Assembly: GCA_028534125.1 (NCBI GenBank)
Contig: CM052817.1
Span: 67,830,001 to 67,894,000, forward strand
DNA: 64,000 nucleotides
Reading direction: 5' to 3'
Origin: Lama glama
Lineage: Eukaryota
Below are positions 37,385-49,590 of this stretch, piece after piece (position 1 is the stretch's first letter; the number at the start of each line of letters is the position of its first letter). The translations under genes were made by a program, and so were the position numbers. The notes beneath the pieces were generated by a model, which saw only the letters and a list, made by a program, of their open reading frames with translations, had not been told where the DNA came from and searched no databases.

Positions 37385-37760
37385 AATTCATTCAAATAGT
37401 ATTTCTTGACCACCTATCAAATATCAGGCACTCTTTAGGAACTGGAATGCATGAATGAGCAAAATAGATGAAAATCTCTCTCCTTGTTTATAGAGTGGGA
37501 GACAGACATAAATAAAAATGTATAGTATGACGAATACCAAGAAGTGCTCAGCATAAAAATGTTGGCAGAGAAAGGAAATTGGAGGCATGGAGAATAAATA
37601 ACTAAAGATGGAGCAGTCAGAAAAGACCTCATGATAAAATTATTTTTTTGAGTAAAAACATAAAAAAATAATATACACATACCATAAGGTTACATGGGGG
37701 AAGAGTGTTTCAGTTAGAGGAGAAATGTCACAAAGCCCTGGGGTAGTAATAGTTTTTTCA
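37385..37760 (-). mobile_element. LINE-2 fragment
   Basis: ATTCATTCAAATAGTATTTCTTGACCACCTA...CAGGCACT: reverse of the L2 3' end. Confidence 0.65.
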
Positions 37761-37964
37761 GAGTGATTCAGAGAGAATCAGAACATCTTACACAGCTCAG
37801 TCATGTCACCAGTAAACAGGTGCCCAGGTGCCCAGGTGAGTGGTGCAGACAAGAACGCTGGAAGTTCAAAGAATGGCAGGGCCCATTTAGACTAAAACGG
37901 GTAAGGGAAGACTTCACAAAGGAAAGTTGTGGTCTAGTCTTGAAGGACAGGAAGAATTTGGGTA

Positions 37965-38281
37965 GTTGGTAAAAGGGTACAGACATTCAGTTACAAGATG
38001 AATAAGGTCTGAGGATCTAACATATAGCATGGTGACTACTGTTGATAACACTGTATTATATAATTGAAATTCACTAAGAGAGTAGAACTTAAGTGTTCTC
38101 ACCAAAAACAAACAAATGAACAACAACAACAACAAAAAAAACCCTAAATGTGTGAGGTGATGGATGTGGTGATCAACCTGATAGGGGAATTCTTTCTTAC
38201 TGTATATATAAAATCATTATCGTGTATGCTTTATGTATCTTAGTTTTGTCATTTTATGTCTCAGTGAAGCTGGAAAAAAAA
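37965..38281 (+). mobile_element. LINE-1 3' end (L1MA-like)
   Basis: GGTAAAAGGGTACAGACATTCAGTTACAAGATGAATAAGGTCTGAGGATCTAA...CTCAGTGAAGCTGGAAAAAAA. Confidence 0.85.
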
Positions 38282-41129
38282 TCTCCAAAAGAAGAGTTCT
38301 AGTTAAAGTTACTTTTATACACTTCACAGTCGTATAGTCCTCACACCACCAGCCATAAAACAAATAAACAATAAGGAGTGACATCCCCGTGCAGAGAAGT
38401 GGAGGAGAAACATGAGGTGGAATGAAAAAAGGATGTTGGCTTTGAGGGCGAAGGTGCACTAAGAAAAGGCCAGGGGCAGGTGATCTTGTACAGAGTTGGC
38501 AAGTAATGGCAGAGAAGATGGAAAAATAGGTGAGGTTAATTTTTGTAAAATCCTATGACCTGTCTAAAGATTATTACATACTGTCGTATAAATGTTGAGG
38601 AGCAACTGAAGAGGTAAGTAATAAGGTAAATTCAGGTCTTTAGCAATATTATTATTTCAACAAGTTTAGAAGATTAGGGAGATAGAGGAAGTGGTTGGAA
38701 TGATTTAGGAGTGAGGTTGAGAATGTGGAGTATGGTCATAGAAATAAGGCAGAAAAGGGAAGATAGGTTTGATATATTTAGAGAAAAATCATGAAGATTT
38801 AACCACTAATTGCACATAGGAGATTACAAAGTGTCAAAGTTTTCCCTTCAAGTTTTAAATTGACCAATTAAAGTTTTGGCATTACAGGAAGTAGGGAAGC
38901 TAGGATACCCAGAGATGATACAGGACCCCTCTGGGTTCCTGTCATTAGCTACTGACAGAACCTGGGCTGGCTCCAGGTCTTCACATTGACAGCTCCCTGT
39001 CTCCCCGTCTCCATGCCGTCCATAAGAAGTGTTTTGCCTGACAACTTGTGGAGAATAGAGTTAGAAGGTTTCGATTTGCCCATTAACACTGTTTTGAGGC
39101 CATTTTTCTACTTAATGTGGACATTTTTACCTTTTCTCATGAAACAGATCTATGTTGTTTAGAAAGGGTCAAAGAAACATTGATAAGACTAGAAAAAGGT
39201 CATTGTATATGCTTAGATTCTCCCATGCTGAAGATGTCATCCTTCTCTTTCTTCAGTGGTTTGAGATGGAACAATTATTTCTATCATGGTACTGTTCTGT
39301 TTATTTTTCAGAAGAAAAATGGCTTTTGTTATCTCAACTTTAAATCACCACGTGGATTTCAAAATTAAAACTTCAAGTGTCCCTTTCTTATGGACCAATC
39401 CCATAAACTGAACGAGCTTGATCAATTTATCCTTTGAGTCATGGGACTCTAACCTACAACAGACCCTAGAGATCATCTAATGCAGTGCTCTTCAGATGCT
39501 TACTTTCTACCCATTTATTTCTTATTAAATATTTTCTTACTTTTAATAAAATGTAATTGTCTAGCAAGGGGGCAGAAGTGTATTTAAAAGAGAAAATTTT
39601 ATTTTTCTATTAACAACAGTGCTACAATCCTTTCTTTATACATCTCTTTACTTTCTCCATACACATGCTGTGTTATAATACAAGCCATGACTGAACTGTA
39701 TGAAATCAAAACCTTTGTTATCTGCGGTGTCTTGAGTTCTATGTGTTTAAGGCTCAGATTGGTCTCTTAGTCTCTATGTCCCAAGAGAGTGAATTATGGA
39801 AGACTGTTGACATTCTCATGAGATTCTGCTGAGAACTCTGGCAGTCCCTAAGTTACAAATAGTGCTATAGCATTTCTGGCATTAATGCCTGTCCACACAT
39901 GACATACACTTTGAGTTTAGAACGAGTCAGCCAGGCTAAAATAGGCTGTCCCCTGTGAAAGTTATTTTCACCATTCTTGTGTTTCAGTTTCCCCATTGAC
40001 AGGTGAAGTACCATTTGCCTCTATTGATCTCATAGGATATTTTAAGCATAAGTGAGACTTGGTGAAAACACTGTGTATTCTGAAATAAAGTTGCAATGCA
40101 AATAACGGCACTAGAGATGTTTGCCCATCTTTATAGATGTTTAACCAAATCTTTTCCTTATTCTCTCTCATTACAGATGTTAATCTAACAAAATCATTTC
40201 CTCGTTAATTTTTCTAGTTAACAAGGACATTTTCATCCTCTCTCATAAAACAGATCTAAGTTGTTTAGAAAAGGTGAAAGGCACTGCTAAATGTGAAATC
40301 AATTTGTTATCTTGGGTTTTTTTTAATGTTGAAAAGATTGGAAGAGCAAGTGATGGGTTTCTTGGAGAATCTGTGATAATACAGTTAATGTTGTATATGT
40401 GTATAACACTTTTGTAATTTTCAGCCAAAACCACCTATAGTCCTTGAATCTTGGTGGTTTTGGAGAGCCCTTAAAACAAACAAACAAATAAAAAATCTTG
40501 GCCACCTTTTCCAGATCTTGAATCCCCCTCCACACTTGCACATATGCACACAGGCACACAGGCACACACATCTTTCCTTAAATTCTCCTGGCTAGCTGGC
40601 TTCCTACTTCCTTGAGAACATCAAACTTGTTGGGCAAGAGCTTCTCCCACTTTCTTTCCCACTCATACTCCTAAATCCAGCTTGTCCACACCTCTACCCA
40701 TCCTTGCCATTCTTAATTTCCTTTTTCCATGAATTAGTCATTTCCTAGTTGTTCCCTCTGCTTCTATTCCCCCCCCCCTTTTTTTCCCTGGCAGTCAGTT
40801 TAAAGTACCCCATTATGCTCATTCTTAAATGCAAATGTAACTGTGCATATCCCTCCTTAGGGATACTTTGGGGGACTTTGATGGATACCTGTTGTCAAAC
40901 TGTATTTTAAAGCAGAGCAAGTCCCCCCCACCCCACCCCTTGCAAAGTTTTTACAATTAAAATAGAATTCATCTGGTCGGTGCAGAAATGGATGCAATGC
41001 CAGGGCTCTTAGGGCCACCTACCTCCCTGTTCAGCCCATGTAGGCCTGAATCACTCTGTGAGTGAATGCTTGCTATCTAAAGAACTCAGTTTGGAAAACC
41101 ACTGGCCTACAGGAAGTAAGTCAAACTCT

Positions 41130-41525
41130 GTATTTGATATTCCTTATCTGGCTCTCCATTACTCTTCAACCTCCTTGTCACCATGTTGTCTGTCCCTCAG
41201 ATTCTGTGATGTAATTATTCCTAACTCTATAGGTCCTTAATATAACGTTATATTTCACACATTCAAGCCTTTGTACTTGCTGCTCTTCTGGTTAACTGCC
41301 TTTTTCCACTTAAAGACTCAGCTCAGGTTTCTCATCAGCAAAACCTCTTATATGTGGCACTGCTGTCCCCCACACATTCCACTTACTGTATTCCTGTGTG
41401 CCTGTCTTCTCTACAAACTCTAAAAATCCCTAGGACGAAGGCTGTGTCTTATCTTCCATTCCTAACATCTCACACAGTCTTCGGTTACATAGTAGGCACT
41501 TAATCACACTCTTTAAAAGAAGGAA
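41130..41525 (+). mobile_element. LINE-2 3' fragment
   Basis: TAAAGACTCAGCTCAGG...GAAGGCTGTGTCTTATCTT...CACAGTCTTCGGTTACATAGTAGGCACTTAA. Confidence 0.55.
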
Positions 41526-44500
41526 TTCACTTTGTGATCATATCTTTTATTCTTTGTCCCCTACGGCTCCTTCTTAAAATAGATACAGCACCTGCCCCTT
41601 AAGGGGGTGGGCAGAGGTGGAGGAGGAACTGGGAGGGTAAGTAGTTGGAACTTTCAGAGTCTCATATACAAAGTTACATTATTGCAGAATTTGAATCTCC
41701 AAGATACTCAATTGTAACTAACGCTTGTCTAAGTAACATTTGATGCTCCCCCCCACCCCCCGCCCCTAAAGTATCCTACCCAAATTAAATTTATTACAAC
41801 TGGGATTTATGTTTTTGTTGGCTATTTGGGGAGGCTTTAGGAATATTCTAATTCCAGTAGTATCAATGCACAGAAGTTTTAACTATAGGAAGAGAAATTT
41901 GAAAGCTGTTGTGGATGGTGTCTACTGGGTGATAATTTTGATGAATAAACACACTCAAGGCCTTGTTTGGTGAGACATGAGTGCAGGAAATGTTTTGAAA
42001 ATTCCAGAAAGTTTAGTTGATGATAGATTTTCTGACCCAGCAGTGTTTTGCCCTGCTCTTTTTTTCACTCTCAGGTAAGAGGAGAAAAGCGGTCAGCGTA
42101 ACTTTAGAACGTAGGCTGCTGTGGGAGGCCGTGTATTTGGCGGTGCTTTCCGGGTGCCTTGTGATGTTATGAGGACATAGCTGGGAATGTGTGCAAGCCT
42201 GCAGGGCTAAATCAATATGCTGCATCTCTAGAGAGCATTTTAGGAAAGACTTCCAGCTCCAGGTTCCCTAACCAAACAGTGAAGTGATTATTAAAATCCA
42301 TAGCTTCAGAGGAGGGCAAATAAACTTCCCGCATCAAATGCAGAATTGAGTACTTGTACATTTTAAGTATATTTCACTTAGAACAAGAATAACAACAAAA
42401 AAAGTGTAGCCTTTTGTTATATATTTATTAAAAGTATAAAACCAGATGGTCTTAAAAAGGTTTTTTTCCCTTAGTTTCATACTTTTTTAAAGGTAATAGA
42501 TAGTTTGGATTTTCTTTCTTCTTTTTTTTTTTTCTGGTATAATTTATATTTTAGTTGTTCCTTTCCCTTTTTTCAGACGGTCCACCTTCTCAAAGCGAGT
42601 CATTTTTAGATATTTTAAAAATATAAATTACTATAATGATATTTTGCTAGTAAGTTTTCCTGAAGTAGCAAGGGACAAAAACACATCTGAATGCCTAGCG
42701 CATAGTAGGTGCTTAATAAATATTTTTTTTTGATTGATTGAAGGGGTTTCACCCTATGGAAAGGAAGATAATGTAACATCAAAATATTTTGAAAAGCTTA
42801 GTTTTTTCTAATGATGGAGAAGATACTTTTCTTCACTAACATGTGTCATACAATTGGAATATATCATAAAATGTCTACTTCAGATCTTTATTGAGGCCAG
42901 TTAAAGAAGGCAGAAGAGGGAGATAAGGGGAGAAAAGTGGCCAGAAGATAAAAAGGGCAATTTTCTAAATTTATGAGACAAAATGTTTATAAAATTGTGA
43001 CAGCTATCATCTGGGAGAAAAGTTAACTATTTTAAAACTTTAAAAAAAATGGTTATTCCCTTTTTATGCCACATGCAGGAATCTTGTTTACTATCTTTCT
43101 ACAAAGGACTGGTCTAGCATCCGACTGGATTCTTCTAATTGGGAACTCACCAATTGAGTACATTTTTAGAATGTTCTAATTGTTTCGCATCATACTAAGC
43201 TAAAATATGCATTTCTTGAAGAATGTTGGCTCCCTTTTTTAATGTAATGGTCCCTTAAATATTAAAGTTTGGGATTTGGTATTTTAGGTACGATCAGATC
43301 ATCATAGGGCACTCTAGTTTCCTGGACACTGCACATCTATTAATATGGCCCTAAAGCACACATGACTTTCTTGCCCCAAAACCACACATTGAAATGCTTT
43401 GTCTTTTTTTTTCTCACAAGCAGCTGATTAACCAAATTTCTTTCATTCTTACTTTGTCACTGTGATTTTCTAAATCAATGTGGAAGATTTTAACATTTAA
43501 TTTAGTAAATTCCATCTTCTTATTCTTGGTCCCTCCTTTAAGCTTAGGCAAGTTTATGAAAATCTTTTTTTCATTCCATGTATTATTTATGTACATATGC
43601 TCTCTCCTCTCCTCATTTCCTCTGTAAATTTTATAAGCATAACCTCTGTGTTTTCTTTGATGTTACTGATTAAAATGTTGGTTTAATTTCTTTTTAAAAA
43701 ATGGCTAATCATTCAGAGAACAGTCATATATATGTTATATATATTTAAGTCTTACTTAAAACTTAGAACAACTCTCATTTGTGATGTCCTTCATCTTCTC
43801 TGTTTTTAACTCTCTCTAGAAAGTAGAGGCATTGTACTTCTTACTTTATAGGAAAAAAGAGTCTGCTTTCATGATGTAATGCTATACTTTTAAAACTTTA
43901 AATGTTAGCTTTATATTTACAACTGGTGGCATAAATTAGATGGTTCCCACAGACTGAAGGTCCTGGATCAAGATAGGCAACTGAGGAAGGTTAAGATGAA
44001 CTCTGCCCACCTCCCCCCAAAATTGGGTGGGGAGGGGGCCGAGTGCAACATTGAACTGACTGGCCTTACTGGAATGATTTTAAGACATTTGTTCAGTAAG
44101 TTGGACACAGTGATGAATCATGAACTAAAAGATGTTATAGAAGGTAGGCTTGAACGTGTAAAAGCAATTGTCTCACTTCTGAATTTGTGGTTACTTTTGC
44201 CTTTGTTAAGGAGAAAACACTTTCCCATTGATTCTGCAGATAATGTATTTTCCATCTTTGACCCATTGGTAGACTGATTTTTCCATTTAACTAATTTATC
44301 AGAAATAGCAGATAATACTCTTGGTACTAACCAATATAAACCTGAGACTTTTTGGTCTAAGTCACATTAGAATAATGCAGGTCAGAGTGATATAATGATG
44401 CACAACTGACATTGATAAGAAAAATTGTGAATTTGCTTTTTTTTGAGGATATTAGAGAAAAAAATGTAAACTTTAAACTTCCATTGTTGTTTCCAAAGCC

Positions 44501-44700
44501 TTAGTTCATCAATTACTCCATTTTCAGAAAATTTTCAGTAGGAAGCTTTACTAATAAAAAAATTTCTGCTATATCCCTAAACTTTGTATGTTCACTCAAC
44601 CACTGTCTAATTACCTTTTCATTTATTTGTCATCTCCTGCCTCCTATTCTCTTTAACTGTTAATCATTTCCCTCCCTTTCTGGGAACACTGCTTCCTGCT

Positions 44701-44730
44701 GGTCAGTAGGTCAGTAGGTCAGTAGGTCAG
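44701..44730. repeat. 8-bp tandem repeat (GGTCAGTA)x3.75
   Basis: GGTCAGTA GGTCAGTA GGTCAGTA GGTCAG read directly. Confidence 0.95.
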
Positions 44731-46304
44731 AAACCATGGATGGATCTGATATGAATATTTATATATATGTAAATACCCAACCCAGATCATACTTTTAATC
44801 AAAATGACAAAGAAGTTTGACTTTACTGTGCTTCTTTTTTGTTTTATGTTCAAGCTCAAAGTTTTATGTTTATGATATTTATGTCTTGAGATACTTGATA
44901 ATACTATGATTAAAATCCCTATTGTTGAATCCTTCTACCCCTGAGAGACTGAGAATTTCCTTTAAATTCAGTTAGCTGAATCATTTAAATACTTGCAAGT
45001 TAAGACATTACTTCTGTAGTATTTTAAAAAGTTGGATGAATTGCCCTTTAAAACAAAATCATCTCTTCTTCAAAAAAGGCACTATTTTGCCCCAAATACA
45101 TAATTGAGAAGAAATATTTTCCTACTTAAGTGGTTCATACTTATCTTATTTAGCCTATTGTTTAATGTAAAGTATTTCTCAAAAATTTTATGTAAAGTCT
45201 AAGCCTATATTTTCATGCATTGATAGTAAACAACACAATAGATGTGAGGCAAAAAAAAAAGCGTTGTTTTTTTTTTAATGATAAATTGTGGATGTATTGG
45301 TGCTATGCTTTATTTTTGTTCCCACTGCAGTGCTTAATAGCTTTTGGTAAATAAAATGATCAGTGGATAACAGTCAAACCAGGCTTACTTAAAGTGGAGA
45401 TATTGCTTACTTGTGAACTTTTTAAAGAAAAACTTAATTTCACTAAGAGGGTTTCAGGACTCTTGATTATGGATTTTATGAAGCAAACTGTAAGGCAATA
45501 GAAAGTTACCTCCAATTTGGGGCAAGAGTTGCATTCCTGTCAATATAGTTCAATATATCATCAACAGGACATCTTCATCCCGAATCCACAGATTACCATC
45601 TCCTGCCCTGCAGGTTTGTGTGTCCATAGGATTAGTGCATATTTCATGAGATAACATCCATCCCTAACGTCTTCATTCCTTGACCCACTGTAAATGTAGA
45701 TATAAGTCCAAAGAAGTTTCCCTGACTCATACACATAAATGAGTATGTCCCTATATAGCTGTCTCTTCAAACTTTATTTTTACAGAAAGTTTACAAAAAC
45801 TGTGGATAAAAAACATATTAATCTTACTTGATGGATAGCTGATGCTGAAAATAACATGAAAGTCAAATTATTAATTCTGTTTTTCCTAGCCCTTAGCTTT
45901 GAGAAGCCTGAGTCTTTGAGAAGTGAGGTGACTGCTCCAGGGTGACAGGTGGCACAGCTCTGTCTCTAAGTCCTCTAAGTACGTAGTGGTGCTCTTCCCA
46001 CTGCTGTGTACTACCCCTGTTAAAAAAATTCTGTAATTCATAGTTCATTTTTTAATATTTTCCATAAACTATTATATTATTATTAAAGAAATACAGAAAA
46101 GATTTCTTAAAATTGTTCATTGTTTTCAGATACGTTAGTAAGTATTTTTCTTCTCTGAAATTCTGTTTTTCTCAAAGGCAGTAGTGTTTTCGCCTCTTCT
46201 AAATAACACTTAGTATTTTCAGTAACATCATAATTTTAATCAGTGGTCACATTAAACCCTTATTTTGAACCATATTCCTAGTTACTTTTTATAACAAGGC
46301 TTGG

Positions 46305-46413
46305 TTTTTTTTTAATTCTTTATTTTAATTTTGTTTTATTTTATGGAAGTGTACTGGGGATTGTGCGTGCTAAGCATGTGCTCTACCTACCACTTAGCTA
46401 TTTCCCTCCCCCC
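46305..46413 (-). mobile_element. tRNA-Ala-derived (Vic-1-like) SINE with internal deletion
   Basis: Reverse complement reads GGGAGGGAAATAGCTAAGTGGTAG...GAGCACATGCTTAGCACGCACAATCCCCAGTAC followed by an A-rich tail. Confidence 0.75.
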
Positions 46414-46420
46414 GGGGTTT

Positions 46421-46468
46421 TATTACTACTACTACTACTACTATTATTATTATTACTGTTATTATTAT
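46421..46468. repeat. Compound (TAC)n/(TAT)n trinucleotide microsatellite
   Basis: TATTACTACTACTACTACTACTATTATTATTATTACTGTTATTATTAT read directly. Confidence 0.9.
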
Positions 46469-48939
46469 CAATCATTTATAATTTATCAGAGAAAGTACCA
46501 CCCTTTAGGTTCCATAGTTTTGTAATAGATGGCTGTCAGCAGACTAGGGGGTATTCATGTTAACACCATGAAGATTTTATTGTGAAGACATGGAACGGTT
46601 GTTAGCGATAGCAGGCAAAATGAAAATAGTAAATGTGAACATTTTCTGGGACAAAACAGAACGTGAGTAAATAAAAGTATAAAATATAGTTGGATACCTG
46701 GCCACGTACTTGAAAATGTCTTAAGGAATGTCACTGGAAACCTTTGAGTTGCATAATCATCCATGTAAACTGAAAATGACCTCATGGAGTTTGAGCTCAG
46801 GAGGTCCTGGGGCTTCTCTCTCGTTCTTATTAGGGCCCCTGACACTGTGCTTGGCACATGTTAGGTAACGAGTAAGTGTTCGGTGCATGAGTAATGAATG
46901 GCATTGACTCACTAACCGGGGAGGGGAGTTACGAAGGTGCTGCTTATCGATAATCGAGTTAGACGCTTTGGAACATTTTACAATGTTTGGTGAGAAAACA
47001 GTGCCATATGACTATGCTATACTAAGATAAGAACTACTTCCCTTCTTACATAGACCATATGAATTTATATTTAGCCAATATCTCACCAGAATACATAAAA
47101 CACCAAACTTATTTAGGGGATGGTTGAGAAAGCATGTGGTAAAAGAGGGTTTTAAGCTTTGAATGTACTAGAAAATAATCATATTCTTAATTTTTAAAAA
47201 TATCCTAAACAATACTGTGAACAGTTTGAGTTGAATGTGCTTGTGTCTGAGAAAGGTCTTTGCGTATTTATGAGTTCACCTCATCACGCAGAAGGGAGCG
47301 CCTTGCTTTGGGAAGCACCCGTCCCCGTGCTCAGCACTGACACTGCTGAGCAGTATGTAATACCAGGAGGCAGAGCCATGATTTAGGATGTTGAGGAGAA
47401 GTCTTGGGCAAGATTTGAGTAAGTTTTTTATAATAAGAAATACATAGCCCCTGTGAAATCATCCCAACTCCTTGAGGCAAACTTAGCCCCTTTCTTTTCT
47501 GTGTCTCCAAAGCATGTTGTGTATGATCTACTACAAAACTAGTCACACTGTTTCTTTAGGGTGTTTGAAGCATCTCTCTTCCTCAGAGATCAGACTCTTG
47601 AATCCTTAGTACATACCAGGCACTTAATAGATACTTGAATGAAGAGTGGGCTACTGCTACCTAAACATAATAGCATTTAATATCAGGCATACAGTAGATG
47701 GAAAAAAAGTGTTCTGTTATTCAGAATACTTTTCTAATGGAGGAATCTTTAGTTATCCCCTTCCTTGTGTTTTTGGTTTTTTGTTTTTTTCCTTTGCAAA
47801 ATTTAGGTAATGTAAGTGTTACATGTTTCTTGGAAGATTGAAAGGGTATGTCTGTGGGAACACTTGAGCTCTGGGTCTCATTGCAGAATAATAGTTTGAA
47901 AAGTTTAAAGGTTGTATTCCAAAGGAATAAATTTATTAGGCTTTAAAACTCCTTTGAGCTGATTCACTCTATCTGGGTTTTTCGAATTTACTGGTCTAAA
48001 GTATATGACATTTTATTATTTTTAAAAATATTCTTTATGTCTGTATAGTACTTCTGTCTACACTAGTTTATGTAGATTTTTTAATTGCCTTAGTGATTTT
48101 TCTATCCACTGTATTTTCTTTTCTACACTACAAGAATCTACACTTGAATTCATTTAAGCCTGTTATACAGGTTTTTGTTATTAACTAATTCTCTTGTCAG
48201 TTTTCCCTTTTTCCTTAAGTTTGTTTTGTTTTTCTAAATTATTTGGTTGAAATACTTATGTCTTTTATTTCTATTCTATTTTGTGTTCTCAGTAAAAGGA
48301 TTTTTTAAGTCTCTAGTTATAATTCAGTTATAGCCCGTGCATTTTGTGATGTACTGTATTCATTACCATTTTTTTCCAGAAAATTTTTGAAGTTTCAATT
48401 TCTTCTTGGAGCAAAAAGTTATTTAGAAAAAGAAACAAAAATCTCTTCAATTTATCCTCTCCTTGACTAATGTTATTATTTGCAATATTAATTCCTGTTT
48501 TGTTTTGTTTTTTCTTCCAATTCTATTTTATATTTTGCTTGTGGAATCATGTTACTGGGCATTATTTTCCTTCACTCCTTAAATTCCATCTGTCTTCTAG
48601 TTTAACCATTAATCTGCCTCCGAGAGTACCTGTGAAAACTTTCCTTGGCAGGACAAGGCATGTGAGGTCTAAGATTTATTTCTAGAACACTAAGCAAATC
48701 ATATCTTTAAGCATGTTCTTCTACTGTTGAGTAATATGTTTATTTATTTATTTAAGTTGAAGTATATTTTTCAAGGGTACTGTTCTGCTTTGTTCCCCTC
48801 ATACATCCTTGAAGGAGGACTGATTGACCTAGCACCGCAGAAGTGTGTGAGAGCATCTTGTCAGACTGCCCAAAACGTTCTTTTACTGGGACATTCAGAA
48901 CATTATTGCTTTAAAACTTTTTTCTGATCGTTGAAAATA

Positions 48940-49590
48940 CTGCTTAAGAGGTCGGCTCCCTCCCTCCTACCCCTTTCTTTCAAATTGTCGTGGACTCTGG
49001 TCCAGGTTCATAATCTGGGTTTGTCCGAGTTTCCTTTTTGGTGCTTGGAGAAGAGCTCTGTCCCTCTGGGGCCTTCCTCCCCCAGTGAGCCCAACCAGTC
49101 CGGGAAACTGAGCACTCGTGCCAAGGCGGGCCCACTCAGAGCGAGAGGCCAGGCGAGAGAAGGGTCCTGCCACGCGCAGCTGTTCTGTCTGGTGAGCTTG
49201 GACCCGTTTCCTTTCCCGGCACCGCTGCTTTTGGCTGCTTCGTGTTTAAGTAAGACATACCTGTTTCTCCAAAGCCTCCCGCACCTTCGGCCCTTGCTGC
49301 TGTGTATGAGGGGGGAGACTGGTTGGGAAGAAGCGTCCCTGTGTCGGTGAGTCCGCCGCCAGGGCAGTGAGCTTGGGGAGCGCTGCCGCAGCGCTGCTGG
49401 GCTGCTGGCTGTGCTTCCCGTTCCCTCAGCTGAGGCGCCGGGGCAGGGCTTCCGCTGCGGGGCCTCCCTCCGTCCTGTCAGCCCTGTGTGCCCCAACCCG
49501 CGGCCTCCCGTGAGGGGCTGTTGGGGCAGTCGGCCAGGGTTGTCTTCATTTTCGGCAGTCCACAGCTGGTTCAGGAAGAAGGGCTGTGAT
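48940..49590. promoter_or_regulatory. Intronic CpG-rich island-like segment
   Basis: About 31 CpGs hand-counted in 49081-49560, in an otherwise AT-rich, CpG-poor intron. Confidence 0.55.

Noticed and set aside
12290..38620. Isolated perfect donor motifs AG|GTAAGT near 12292, 15001 and 38613
   Set aside because: No convincing paired acceptor at exon-like distance; a few such motifs are expected by chance in long introns.
46331..46563. Poly-Tyr and poly-Leu ORFs
   Set aside because: Translations of a SINE plus a (TAC/TAT)n microsatellite.
47770..47818. U-rich tract followed by TAG|GTAATG and a nearby GTAAGT
   Set aside because: Appears to lie in a decayed MIR core, with an A-run interrupting the tract; weaker than the 42074 site and likely chance.
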